DNA of 64,000 nucleotides. It comes from Felis catus (taxonomy: Eukaryota). Numbering within the stretch: position 1 is the first letter of the stretch; each line of letters starts with the position of its first letter. The DNA is taken from NCBI RefSeq assembly GCF_018350175.1, contig NC_058368.1, positions 235,850,001-235,914,000 of the forward strand, in the 5' to 3' direction. The notes under the pieces are model-generated. The model searched no databases, had not been told where the DNA came from, and saw only the letters and a list, made by a program, of their open reading frames with translations. A program made the position numbers and the translations under genes. Below are positions 48,596 through 61,700 of the stretch, piece by piece.

Positions 48596-51038
48596 AAGAA
48601 ACTAATCCGTAAAGGCTATATACTGTGATTCCAATCATATATATTCTGGGAAAGGCAAACATTTCAAGATAGTAGAAAGATGAATTGTCATGAGAAAAAA
48701 GAGGGGATGAATATTAAATACATGAAATACAGAGGGTATTTTAGGGCATCGAAACTATTCTGTATGACACTATGATAGCACATCCATGATACTACACATT
48801 TGTCAAAACTGAGACCTTCAGAACACAAAGAGTGAACCTCAGTATATACAAATTCGTAAGGCATCCTTTGGGTTTAGGAATCCCGGCATAGAATACAGAA
48901 CGTGACAAAATAATTTGTATGACACATGTACAAAAAAGCTTCATTGAATGGGGTCAGGGAAATAGCATTGAACTAGTTCATTTGAAAAGGAGTGGAACCT
49001 GGAAAACCAAAAACAAAAGAAAGTGTACGTAAGCACGACGTGCAGGCTGATAGAATTGTTTCCCATGGTTGAGAGTTAGCAATTCTGACATTGCTGGAGA
49101 TACACTGTGTTTGCAGTTAGATAAATGAGTGATGGCTGGAATGCCTCGACTTCCACCGTAGGCGTAGGACCTCACAGCTCAGCAAGGGAAACAGCCAGAA
49201 AGGGTTAGTGCTACAGATTTCAGAATGAACTAAAATACAGCCGATTTTTAAGGGAAGAAGAGAGAAGACACAAATTGCCATTACCTGGAATGAGAGAACA
49301 TCACTCTAGATTTTCCAGATGTTAAAAGCATATTTAGATAAAGATCTGTATATATTTAAAATATCTGTAGCTGATAAATCAATATGATAAATATCTGTGG
49401 AAGATACACGTTTAACATGAACTAATTTATATTGTTAGTTGTCACAACTTAGAGAAAATGGAAAAATTTATTGAAAGACACAGACTATGATACCTACTCC
49501 AGAGGTAATAGATAACTTCAGTAGCCCTATTAAAAAATTAAATTTTACCTTAAAAATCTTTCTATGGAGAAAATCCCAGAGCCACATGGCTTCATTGGTG
49601 AACATAAGTCTTCCTTAAACACGTGGTATTTATAATACTAACTTCACTGCAAAGTGTTCCAAAAAATGAAAATGAGGTAACATTTCCCAATTTCTTCTGT
49701 GAAGGCAGGATTACTCTGGTTATAAAAGTAGACAAAAACAGTATAAAAATGGAAAACCGTGTATTAAAATCTCTCACGAAAATTGATACATAAATCAATG
49801 CATTATTTTTTCAATGCATTATTGATAAATCAAATCATCAGTATACTAAATGACAATATATCATGACCATGTGGGGTTTCTTGCAGGAATTCAAGGATGC
49901 TCCAACATTTAAAATCAATCAATATCATTCACGATATTAAAAAGCTAAATTAGAGAAATGATGTCGTCTCAACAGGAACAGAAAACTCTTTGACAATATT
50001 TAATATTCATCACTGATAAATGCTCCCAGCAACTAGAAAGAGAAGGCAACATCCTGAACTTGAAATGCCAGCCGTAGAAATCCTCCATCATACCTTAATG
50101 GCACATCATCACCGAAGCTAACATCACACTTAATGTTGGGAAAGTTAATGCTCTTTCTATAATCAGAAATAAGGAAATGATGCCTGTTCTCATCACTTCT
50201 AGTCAAAGTACACTGAGAGTTTTAGCTAGTGCGATACTAATAAGAAAAGAATAAATAAAAAAAAGCATCTCAATTGCAAAAACAAAAGTAAATCATCTTT
50301 ATTCTCAGATATCAGGATTGTCACTGTAGAAATCTGATGGAATCTACAAAACAACAACAACAACAACAACAACTGATAAGTGTTGTAGCAAGGTGATCGC
50401 ATACAAGGACGCCGTGCCAAAAGCAATTGTGTTTTGACCTTCTAGTTCCAAGTCATCAGAAATTAAAAAAAAAAAAAAATAGGATTTATGGCATTGTAAA
50501 AGCACGAAATGCTTTGCGATAAAATTTACAGAAGATTTGCAAGTCTTGCATACTGCGGACTATATTGAGAGAGATCAAGGAAGGCCTAACATGATGAAAG
50601 ATACACCTTGCTCATGGAACTGGGAGCGCTATGATATTTTAATATTGCTCAAATGTCACGGGTCGTATTCAAATGTCAATTCTCCCCAGAAGAATATATA
50701 GATTCAGTGTGATGCCAATCGACAATACAGCACACTATTTTGTGCCAACTGACAAAGGAGTTCTGAAGTTTATATACAAACCAGCCACAGCAATGTTCAA
50801 AAGGGAAAGAGGGTTGGGGAACACATGCTACCTAATGCCAACAGCTACTATAGAATCACATTAATTGAGATAATGTTGTGTGAGTGTAATTATAGGCTGG
50901 TCGGTCAAGGGAACAGAATACAGAATTTAGAAATAAGACTACACAGACGTGGGCACTGATTTTCAGGAAAGGCGTACGGGGAATTCTTGGAGAAAGATAG
51001 TCTTACGACAAACGTTGTCAAAGCTATTGATTGGATAG

Positions 51039-51424
51039 TGTTCCGGCCCGAGCTATGTCCCCCTGCAAATTCTTACGCTTAAGTCCTAACTGTAGGATCT
51101 CAGAACGTGACTGCATTTGGAGTGAGGGTCTTCAGGTAGGTAATTAAGGTTAAGTGAGGTCAGGTGGGTGGGCTCCAAGTCCATGACCAGTGTGATAAGA
51201 AGAGGAGATCAGGACACAGACAACACAGACCAAGGGGGGACCACGTGAGGACCCAGTGAGGAGACAGCTGTTTGCACACCAAGGAGAGAGGACCTGGAAA
51301 AAACAAAACCTGCCCACATCTTGATCGTGGACCTCCAGCCTCCAGAACTGTGAAAACATAAATTTCTGTTGTTTAAGCCACCCGGCCTGTTATGTCGCTA
51401 TGGTAGCATTAGCAAAAGAATACA
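51039..51424 (+). mobile_element. MaLR solo LTR (MLT1B-like)
   Basis: TG...CA ends; TCAGAACGTGACTGCATTTGGAG, GACCTCCAGCCTCCAGAACTGTGA, AAATTTCTGTTGTTTAAGCCACCC. Confidence 0.93.
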
Positions 51425-51510
51425 GACATTAACAGGCGAAAAAAATAAATAAATAACAATGAAAACCAACCAAACTCTCAACCACCTCATGTAAGACACA
51501 AAACTTAATT

Positions 51511-51737
51511 AAAAAAAATTTTTTTTCAACGTTTATTTATTTTTGGGACAGAGAGACAGAGAGAGACAGAGCATGAACGGGGGAGGGGCAGAGAGAGAGG
51601 GAGACACAGAATCGGAAACAGGCTCCAGGCTCTGAGCCATCAGCCCAGAGCCTGACGCGGGGCTCAAACTCACGGACTGCGAGATCGTGACCTGGCTGAA
51701 GTCGGACGCTTAACCGACTGTGCCACCCAGGCGCCCC
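51511..51737 (-). mobile_element. Young SINEC_Fc
   Basis: TSD CAAAACTTAATT. Confidence 0.98.
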
Positions 51738-51906
51738 CAAAACTTAATTTTAAATGGATCACAGATTCACATGCAAAATGTAGAACTATAATGTGGCCAG
51801 TGGAAAACAGGAGAAAAATCTTTGTGATCTTGAGTTAAGCCTTTTCTTAAAAGACGTGCTACCAAACGCACTATATCTTAAAGCCTTCGTACAGGATGAT
51901 ATTCTT

Positions 51907-52112
51907 TTTTAAATTAAAAATTTTTAGTGTTTATTAGAGACAGAGTGTGCCGGGGGGAGGGGCAGAGAGAGAGGGAGACACAGAATCCGAAGCAGGCTCC
52001 AGACTCCGAGCTGTCAGCACAGAGCCCGACAAGGGGCTCGAACGCACGAACAGTGAGATCATGACCTGAGCCGAAGTCGGACGCTTAACCGACTGAGCCT
52101 CCCAGACGCCCC
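51907..52112 (-). mobile_element. CanSINE
   Basis: TSD AGGATGATATTCTT. Confidence 0.97.
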
Positions 52113-54367
52113 AGGATGATATTCTTATCCTAGAGTGAAGTATTCTGAATTTAGAGCTAACAGTCTGGGCAAAGAAATCAATTTTGTTTAAAAGGATAGA
52201 GTTGAAAACGAAATCCCAAATGGATAGGCATTTTGCTTGTAGGCTAATGTCGAACAAGGAATTTTCGAATAGGATTTGTTACTTATTATTCGTTGAAAGT
52301 AATTTTGCGCTTTGCAATTATTACAATAACTTACAGTTCGTAAATTATTCAAACCATTGACACCTTTAAAAAAAACATTTTCAAAGGGAGCGAGTGACAG
52401 GAGCCCCGGAGGAGGCTAAAATATTCTATAATCCCAAATTCTACTGAAGAGATTCCAAGAGAATCTAAGATTGTTCTGAAGGTTTATTCCTTCTGGAGAA
52501 TTCTAACATCCAATTGTAATGCTAAATGCGTACAGACTTATTCAAGACGTGATATTTCAAAATGGGCGATTATTTCAGTAAATGATCTAGTGTCAAATGG
52601 TGCTCTGCTCGTATGTGCAAATGGTGCTCTGCTGTCCTGTGTCTCGTATGCATTTTTAGCACACACGTGGTATATGTGTGTATGTACTATAACGTACTGT
52701 ATATACACATTATATGGTGATAAGTAAGCAAGGACAGAGTGCTAAAGAACGTGGGAGTTTAAATATTTACACTCTAAGTAAATAGGAGTAATTTTCATTC
52801 ATCCCAACACGCAGGAAGAGACAATTGCTCCAAACACTTACATTTGAGTCACAATCAGTTGACAGTTTGTTCTGAATGAAAATAAACATCTCTCCAAACA
52901 GCTTGGCTGTCGGTGACAGATAACGAAATGAGGAAGCATCAAAGTGCTGAATAGATTTTAAAAACTGGATATGGCGAAATGAATGGATCTTAATCTCTCT
53001 ATAACCGGGGTCGTAAATGCTGCTTTAATTCAGCTTGCCTTGGAGCCCCTCCCTTCCGTTAACATCACCTGTCAGTAGTGATGCCATGTAAATGAGCAAG
53101 TCTCAGCTTTTCTCTTGCATCCTTGCTAATCCTCCCCTATTCTTCTAATCAGGCTACACAGAAGCCAATATCTCTTTTCATCAGGCAGATAGGATCTCTT
53201 AAGGAATTAAAGAGGTTTTCCACTTAGTTCTGCGGTGGGCAAGGACACGGCTGTGATCTGGGGTTTTAGGGATTTCTCATTATGCATTGGCACTGGCCGG
53301 ATCGAAGAACTGAGTTCTGGCTAGCGGATTTTTAATCCTCTCGTGGTTAGGGTTAGAACTTCCAGTGATTTAAGATCTTTGATTACTCAGCACTTGGCTT
53401 TTGATTGAGTGAACTTCTGAAGACAGCACCGGACTGTGATTTGAAGTTAGCAGTTTTAAAGTAACTACTGGAAAAAATAGATAGGAAAAGCCCTGTGATT
53501 AAGCGGACACTATCCCTTTTTAATTGACTTTCTGAAGTTATCTGGTGCTTAACTCCTCGTGTGCCAAAGAAAAAGAAAAAGAACCTGAGTGGGTGAATTC
53601 CATGTTTTCCCCTAAAGGGGGAATTTCGATGAAATTCGTAGGGCTGTCGGTAGTATTGATACGGAGACAGTCCCAGCTATGGCCAGGGCAGTGATTGATG
53701 TAGGGAGGGTTTAATGTGGAAAGATGAGGCAGATTTCCACCGAGGGGCACCAAGTCCCTCTTTGGATGACTTCAGCCTTCAGAGATAAAGCGACCCAGGC
53801 CACCACAACACTGTCTAGAGAGAGAATACATACAGTTTTAGTGCAAAATATATCATGAATAGACATGTTTTGTACTGACTAATATAATCAGACAAAATAA
53901 AGTTGAAGGTCTTTCCCTATGTAACTTGAAGATGTCGTGAGTTCTGGCCTCTTTGGCCCAGTCCTAGAGGGAAGTTACTCGTAAAGTCTGATTCCCCTCA
54001 GACTTCGGCAGGAAGGACAACCTTGAGGAACGGAATCAGTGAAACTAACAGCCCTCTGCTCCTGGGCACAGATCGTGGCAGAGGGTCCCGGGAGTGCTAG
54101 CTGGTCTCAGAAAGAGTCTGTGGTTCTTGTCACACCCTGGGACACTCCTCCCCACCCCCTACCCCCACTCCTCTCCCGGCTCTTTCCTGGTCTGGCATTG
54201 TACAACAGGTGCACCTGAGTATGATGCATGAAGACACCCCCCCCCCCTGCCCCCGCAGCTCCCCTGCTGTGGATCACCCATCCTGAGAAGGTGAGAAGGG
54301 AAAGGGGGACTAGGGAGCATGAGACAGTTTTATCCTTTCACTTTTGGGCACCACCTTAGCAACAAAA

Positions 54368-54391
54368 TTCTTTTTCTTTTTTCTTTTCTTT

Positions 54392-54435
<44 letters not shown>

Positions 54436-54445
54436 TCATTTCTTT
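54368..54445. repeat. (TTTC)n microsatellite
   Basis: Directly visible. Confidence 0.96.
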
Positions 54446-55129
54446 CCCTTTTGGAAAAACCTAGGGTGAATAGCATACAGTTTTTTAAAAGTTCTCTAGT
54501 GAACCAGGAGAGTAGCGACAATATGCCTTTCAATTCTCGATGTCAGCCCATAACAACTATCCGACAAGAAAGAAGATGGGGGGTGAATGCAGCCTTGGTG
54601 AGTGATGGGTAAAGAGGATGAAGATACGGAGGAGAGTGGTTGGGAATAAAATGGAGAAACTGAACATTAATATTCTCTAAGTGGTTCACTTTGCTTCCAT
54701 TGGGTATAAATTCTCTGCATCCCCAACAGATACATTGTTTGCACCACAGAATAAATGTCAGTGTGTGCAACACAGCATTTGGTGTTTCACTTCCGAAGTG
54801 ATCCTCAAGAAACATATAGAATGAAGGAAGTTCCATTGTCAGAAACGGTAGGTCCGCTCGTGTGGGACAACCCTTCCGCACAGAGCCATAAACTCGAGGG
54901 AAAAAGATAAAAAACAATTGTCAGAAGTCACTGGACAGTGATCGCCGTCAGGAAGAAAATGGAATGGAGTGACAGTTGAAAGAAGCAAGTGATTGTGAGT
55001 GAGATTTCCACCTTTAAAAAAAATTAACTTTTCACCCAAGGATTCCTCCCCTCCCCCCCACTCATTAGTGCCACCTTATGGGAAAACTGGAAATTGGATA
55101 GAAAAATGACAATAATACTGGTCTAAAAA

Positions 55130-55892
55130 ATCAGATGACAGATTTCAGGGCCACCATGCCCAGAGGAAAATGAAGAATCATGTGCCTGAGTAGAAAGAAC
55201 TGCAGAGGGTGTGGTCTAGTTAAGTTTACAAGAGAGATAAACCTGTGCAGGGGAGACAGAGTTATGAATTTGCTTTCTGCTAAGTAAACTGTCTGCTGAT
55301 GTGGAAGACTAATGCTCTCTAGAGGAATGTAACAGAATCCACAGTCCCTACAACATAACTTTACAATGTCTATGGTGAAATCAAAACTTAATAGCCATGC
55401 AAAGTAAAAATACACAGACAAACATCATCAATGCATAAATAACTCCAAGATGACTCAGATGTTGGGATTAGCAGACAATTTTATGGGAGTTGTTATAACT
55501 ATTCTCAAAGATGTGAAGGAAAATAAGGTACAAAGACTAGAGTCATAAAATACAGAAAATACATACAGAAAAATAGAAACTATAAGATATGACCAAGTAA
55601 AACCACATGAACTGAATATAGAGTATTTGAAATAAAAAAAAAATCAGTAGATGAATCCTTCAGAAGAATAAATATACCAGAAGAAAAAGAGTAAAACTGA
55701 AGTTTGGTAAGGATAAATTATCCAATGTGAAGAGCACAGAATAAACAAATTAAAAAATTAATAAAGCTCAGGTGTTCTTGGGCTCAATGTCAAGAGGTCT
55801 AATGCACATGCAGCAGGAATCCCAGAGAAGAAGAAAGACAGAATGCAGAAAAAAGTATATATGAAGACATAATGGCCAAACATTTTCATTAT
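55130..55892 (+). mobile_element. Old L1ME-like 5'UTR/ORF1 fragment
   Basis: ATGACTCAGATGTTGGGATTAGCAGACAA (MTQMLGLAD), GGTCTAATGCACATGCAGCAGGAATCCCAGA, ATAATGGCCAAACATTTTC. Confidence 0.8.
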
Positions 55893-55910
55893 GAAAAAGT
55901 GTAGCAAGCC

Positions 55911-56006
55911 TTATTTTATTTTTTAATGTTTATTTTATTTACTTGAGAGAGAGAGAGAGAGAGAGAATGAGAATGAGCAGGGGGTGGAGGGAGAGAGAGA
56001 GAGAAA

Positions 56007-56056
<50 letters not shown>

Positions 56057-56213
56057 GGGGAGAGGCAGAGAAGGAGGGAGAGAGAGAGAATTCCAAGCAG
56101 GTTTCATGCTGTCAGCACAGAGCCCAATGCGGGGCTCAAACTCACAAACCATAAGATCGTGACCTGAGCCAAAATTAAGAGTCAGATGCTTAACTGAGCC
56201 ACCCAGGCGTCCC
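55911..56213 (-). mobile_element. CanSINE with a duplicated CT-tract module
   Basis: Antisense SINE; GAGAGAGAATGAGCAGGGG module occurs twice. Confidence 0.95.
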
Positions 56214-56479
56214 AAGCTATTAAGCCTTTAAAATGAGAAGTCCCCAAGTTCGGGGGAGTTGCTTTAGAACCAGAAATCAAGGGCATGTTATTAGCATGCC
56301 AGGAACCTATTGTCTTGCTTGACCCCTGTTTCTGGGCGCTATCCTAACTGAGCTGGGATCTGTAAGCCTCTAGGACAGGGGCAGGTCTCTCCTGTGCTCT
56401 GGTGACTTGAGCTGGCCCCTCAGTATACATACCATATGTGTGTGGATGTGTGTGTGGATGTGCATGCGTGTGTATGAGA

Positions 56480-57370
56480 TTGAGGTTCTGGAGCTGGGAA
56501 TGCCCACAAAGGCAGGTAAAGCTATGAGAATATAAATTTGGAAAAGTCATTTGGTAACTAGAGCCCTGATCATGGGGGAGCTTGAGTCCGGCCAATAGGT
56601 TTTAATGTTATCCTAATGGCAATGCGGAATATCAACATACTTTATAAAGATACTACCAATTTAACATGGATTTTCAGCAAAAGCATTTCGGGTAGTGTTT
56701 TGGAAGAGGAATTAAAGTGTGGCCAACCTCTAGGCTCATCATCAGTAGAGGAGCTTTGAATCTTCAGACACATGGATCAATGAGAATGAAAAAAAATGAG
56801 ATGGATTTCCAGTGCGTTTGGGGTTAAAACGAACTACAAAACCAGATTTCTGTGGGGAGTACCAAAAGCAAAGGCATCGAGAAGTCACAGATGTCAGGTG
56901 GAGTAGGAGAAGTGTATTCAGTTGACAGTCAGGAGAGGGTGAGGGGCAATGTTGGGGACAGTGTGATCTTCAGGAGTCTGGGAGACACGTAAAAGGAAGC
57001 TGGCAACAGGGAGGTGGAAGGTGGGTCTGGGGCTCGGCTGAGGTCCCAGAGGTCTGCGTTAGAGGGGAAGACACTGATTTCATTTGAGTAGACGTCACTG
57101 GTGACTTCACAAGAATAGACGTGATCACTCAAACAGAGCCTGTTGCCAGAAGGAATCACTGAAGGTACAAGTTTCAAGACAGGCACTTGAAGGAATTCCA
57201 AGGGCATCTCCAGGAAAAATGGAATAATAGAAATCCCACAGTATGGTGAGGGAGAGACGGGAGGACACTCAGGAAAGATTAGAGGCCCCGGCGCAGAGGT
57301 AATGTGATGTCGGCCCAAGGTCGAGGGCAGGAGTCTGTGGACTCGGCGTCTGGACGGTCATTGGCCATCA
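56480..57370 (-). mobile_element. Long L2 fragment
   Basis: Purine-rich antisense L2 phrases (TTATCCTAATGGCAATG, GGGTCTGGGGCTCGG, GTCACTGGTGAC). Confidence 0.65.
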
Positions 57371-57699
57371 GGGGACTCTGGTGTTGCATCCAAGTCACAA
57401 ACTCCTTTGAAAGAATATTACCTTAACAAAATCGTGGTGGTAGGAACTGGCCGAGAGGGGGCTTTCAAAGGCGTGAGGGGTGTGGGCAGCTACCCTGAGA
57501 GTGACTTCAGAGTCCTGTGTTTCAACGGTTCTTTGAATAGCTTCATGTGTGTGTTGCTCGATAGGGGACCTTGGTGTGCAGATGCCAGGGTCCCCCGTAG
57601 AGCGTGTCTTCTGAGGAATGTCGCCCGGTGTGGTGGTCAACCCACAAGGTGGCCCCAGGAATCTTCTCCTCCCGGTGCTCCCAGCCCCCTGCAGCCCAC

Positions 57700-58081
57700 C
57701 CACAGCCAATAAGACCGATCTCTGTATTCATGGTAAACTGAACACACGGCGGAGGGAAGCTTACGTGTCATACCGGACATGCGGCTTTGGACTTGCTGTC
57801 TCGAATCCATTACCTTGAGGAAAGTCAGCCGCAGTGCCGTGAGGGCACGCAAGGGGGCTCCCGCCCACAGTCAGTAGCAGGTTGCCAGCCTGGTGGGGGA
57901 GCAGCGTCGCGAGTGGATCCTCAACCCCATTGCGACTACAGATGACAGAGCACACGCCAGCATCAGGACCGCAGCCTCATGATGGACCTGAGCCAGAGCC
58001 ACCGACGTCTTGATGGGCAGGACTGTTTTCAGTTCTTGTGTGTTGGAGTAACCTCTTACACAACAATAAGTAACTAAAACA
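57700..58081 (+). mobile_element. MaLR LTR (MLT1F-like)
   Basis: GTGGATCCTCAACCCCA...GACCGCAGCCTCATGATGGACCTGAGCCAGA...TTACACAACAATAAGTAACTAAAACA. Confidence 0.75.
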
Positions 58082-58564
58082 CCCAGTCCTTCTGTCATCA
58101 CCCCATTATTCCGTGTCATTTCAGGCTTGCGGAACCCTTGATTACAGCTCCTACCCGATACATTACTTTAACTTTCCCCAGATCACCTGGCTGCGGGGAC
58201 AGGAGTCTCAGGTAGAGAGAACCATAGAGTTAGAGAAAGGTCAGATTTGTGTTTTCATGCTTCTCACGGGTCCCTCTGCTTTCTCTACGGATTTCCAGCT
58301 CCACCGTGATCATTGTCCTCAGTGATTTAGATGTCCTCTAGTGAGGATTTCAGGCCTGAGCCACGTGGTTCTTCCAGACTCTGGTTTTCAAGTGATGGAA
58401 ACTGCATGCAGAGAAAGGCTGAACGGCTTCCTTGGACCATAACCTGGCCTGAAAGTGGCCAAACTCACTTTGTCTTGATCTCCATGTTTACCACTAAAAT
58501 TGCAATTTTCGTTATGTTTTTAAAGTCATATGTAACTACAGGTCCTTCTAAAAATATCATTACG

Positions 58565-58781
58565 GGGGCGCCTGGGTGGCACAGTCGGTTAAGCGTCCGA
58601 CTTCAGCCAGGTCATGATCTCGCGGTCCGTGAGTTCGAGCCCCGCGTCTGGCTCTAGGCTGATGGCTCGGAGCCTGGAGCCTGTTTCTGATTCTGTGTCT
58701 CCCTCTCTCTCTGCCCCTCGCCCGTTCATGCTCTGTCTCTCTCTGTCCCAAAAATAAATAAACGTTGAAAAAAAAAATAAA
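58565..58781 (+). mobile_element. Young SINEC_Fc
   Basis: Perfect 16-bp TSD TAAAAATATCATTACG (58549-58564, 58782-58797). Confidence 0.98.
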
Positions 58782-61259
58782 TAAAAATATCATTACGATG
58801 TCGCGCCTTGAAATTCACCGTAGTGTTGGGTGTAGCTTCCGGTCGCAATATGCCACGTGGTAAAAATGGTGTTATTGTTTCTACCAGTGTGGCAAGCCGG
58901 TGCTTTGATGGGGGGATTGATGTGTGTCACTGATCTTCTGGGCTTTCTCTGCTGCGACAGGTGGATTCTACGCCCTTCTCCAGCCCCATAGAATGCCCAT
59001 CGCTTTTCTGGCTTCCACAGACACTCTTCTGCTGTTAATCCTCTAATGGCTTCCTTTTTGTTATTCGCTTTGATTACTTTCTGGACACCAATCTTCTATC
59101 CCAAATGTAGCCTCATTTCTCTCTTCTCCAAACATTATTTTGTGGGCTCTTGTTCTCACACATACTTTGGTACTGGCTTCTCTTGCCTGCAGACAAATAT
59201 CCTGGTCTATAGCAGTGCAGTGTTTCCATAGCTGCTTGTAGCACCAGTGATGAAAAATAAAATAAAAATCGAAAAAGCAGGACGCACACCATCAAGGAGG
59301 TGAATATTTATCACACGTCTTCTTTAACTCCTGGGCAGTTTTCTTGTTGGATGTGCGGAGAGGAAAATATATAACCAATGCCAAACCTATGACGCAAGTT
59401 GCAATTTTGACTTCAACTATTTTATAACCTTAATCTCTGCGTGCTGCGATGGGGCTGTGGAGTTTAATAGCTATTTTGCCTTTGCTTTGCATTATATTTG
59501 TGACAAATGACAAAATTTACTGCTCAGAAGGTTGGTTTTTTTTTTTTTTTTTGAAACTGTAACCAAAATGTAAGTGAAGCCAGGCCAGCCGTGATGGAAT
59601 AGTGACTATAATCTTCCCTTAGTTTATCTGGAGACTGTAATAAAGGCATCAATGATCCTAGATATGTGCCCTCTTTTATAGCTTTGTAAAAAATATTCTC
59701 CAGGAAGATGTCATTGCTGTTGAACTTTTCTTTGGATTCTCTGCGTGAAATATTGAACCCCTGTCTTCCTCATCATCACAGGTTTCAAGGGCTCAATGCT
59801 CCTCAAGACACAAGCAAGGACGAAAGATCGATAATTCTTTCTGCCCTCCGTGCTACCTGGTATCCCAGCATGTTTCACCCAAGTCATGCAAACAGCTACA
59901 CTACACCAAAGAAGTGCCCATTTACCTGCAAAAGTCTGGGTGGCAAGCTGGGAGGGGACACATTCTACCCCATGTGCTGGTCCCCACAGTGGCCGTGAGT
60001 CATTTCCAAACCTCGACCCATTCATTCCATGTGGGGCGTTATTAGAAGAACCCCATTTCCCAGTGTTTTCTGCTTCGATTCATGTGATTTGATTCAATCA
60101 CTGAGCACATGTCTTCTTGTGCCTTTGGGATTTACTGGCGTGTTTTTTTCTCTAATTGTTCAGTCCAGCGATGTCCAGGGCCAGTTTAGGAAGGAACCGG
60201 AAACTCTTCGACCCAAAGCTGGATACCCTTCATCCAGGCTGACCTGGGATATGCTGGAGTGTGGTGGATTCCTAGGCAGGTTACCAGGAGAGGAGGTGGC
60301 TGGAATCACCTTGGGGAGAGGTTATGATCAATGGAAATGAAAAGGGAAAGACTTCATCACTTCAGCTCTGTGAGGCTCTGGATTGTGCTTAAAGCGTCAA
60401 TGGCCAGTGATGGAAACATCCTTGTGGTGGAAGAGGAGGCAGAAGTCTCCCAACTCTTCTTAACTAGAGGCCCCCTGCACTCGTGGGGATTTAGAAGATG
60501 GTGGACCAGAGAGCGGGATCAAATGAGCCCCTCTTATTTTCACACCCTCCAGGATATTAACGATGTTTGTACTGCTTTGGTGATGTTCACTTATGCTTTG
60601 CTCAGTTGATTTGGTTACAGAGAAAGCATTTCAGAATCACATATTAGGCCTGCTATAAATACCTTCATCAGTAGACACCTGCTTCTGAGCCCTCATTGTT
60701 AGCTGATTAAGAAGTAACTTTCTAAGTGCATCTGCACTTTTCTTTATTTAAAAAGGATACTGAACCGTGGGATTTTTTTTGGTGCCCTGTATTTTTTCCC
60801 CACAATAAATGAAGACTCAATATCTCTGTCCCAGAAAAAAAAAATCACTAATTGGATCACCTTTGATTTACTTGCTTGTACTCTCCATTCTTTGTGTACT
60901 GAACACATTTTTGCAAAGGCTGCTCTATTCTTAGGGACAAATTGATTCACAAATAGAATTTGGTGGAAAAATGCAATGGGAGAGAATGAGCCAGAGGGAA
61001 ATCAGAGTAGGAGATAAGAGAATCAGCAAATTATAAGAGAGTCAAAAATAACTCTGGTATAGATACACCTTAATTAAGGGAATCGATGTCTCCTTGGTAG
61101 GTATTCTACAGTACTTTGTGATTTGCATTATAGAAACAAAGATGCATTTGGTCAAATGGGGTCTCTGTAATATGTAACGAGGGGCTTCGTTAGGAATTTT
61201 TCGTGGAAATGTTAAACCCTTTCTTTGGCCAATATATTTTCCTCTCCACCTTACCGCCA

Positions 61260-61700
61260 TTTTGTTCACTACCACTTGCCCAAGCTGCCAAAATCAATCT
61301 GTAACTTCCCTCACTCTCTTCCAGAGTTGTCTTCTGCCAACTCTCCACCCACTTCTCTCCCCACCTCATTATCGGAGTAATTTCCTTCATAAAAGATTGA
61401 ATTACGCCATTGCCCTGGGTTTTAAAAACTACGTGAATTTAAATATTAACATCAGTAAGAATTCTGTGATTGAGGATGAAGTCCATAATCTCCTTTATAG
61501 CCTGGTAATTTCCCTGGAGGCAAGTGATGTGGCTTTTCTTCCCTTGCAGCCCCATGCCCAGAAAATACGTATTTACGGAGTGACTCACACCGCCCGAGTC
61601 CCTTCACCACCTGGGTCGAATCTATTCCAAGTGCCCTGCCTTCTGTCTCCCTTACAGCTGCATTCAGTCAGTCATCCGTCCCTCCTGGAGCACCTTGCTA
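61260..61700 (+). mobile_element. L2 fragment
   Basis: Pyrimidine-rich L2-like phrases (TTGCCCAAGC, GGATGAAGTCCATAATCTCCTT). Confidence 0.5.

Larger units (their letters stand above)
47321..49130 (+). mobile_element. L1MC-like ORF2 C-terminus and long 3'UTR
   Basis: AAAATTAACTCAGAATAGGTCATAGACCTA, CACTTTGGAAGACAG, AAAGGCTATATACTGTGATTCCAA, CATTTGTCAAAAC. Confidence 0.85.
49250..51900 (+). mobile_element. Old L1M ORF2 RT region, interrupted by an MLT1B-like LTR and a SINE
   Basis: CCCAGAGCCACATGGCTTCATTGGTGAA (PGPDGFTGE-like), GTGGGGTTTCTTGCAGGAATTCAAGGATG, TCTTTATTCTCAGAT (LFAD-like), ORF 50673 MSILPRRIYRFSVMPI. Confidence 0.88.

Noticed and set aside
53735..53750. Second CTCF-like motif CCACCGAGGGGCAC
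   Set aside because: Mismatches fall on the core AG positions.
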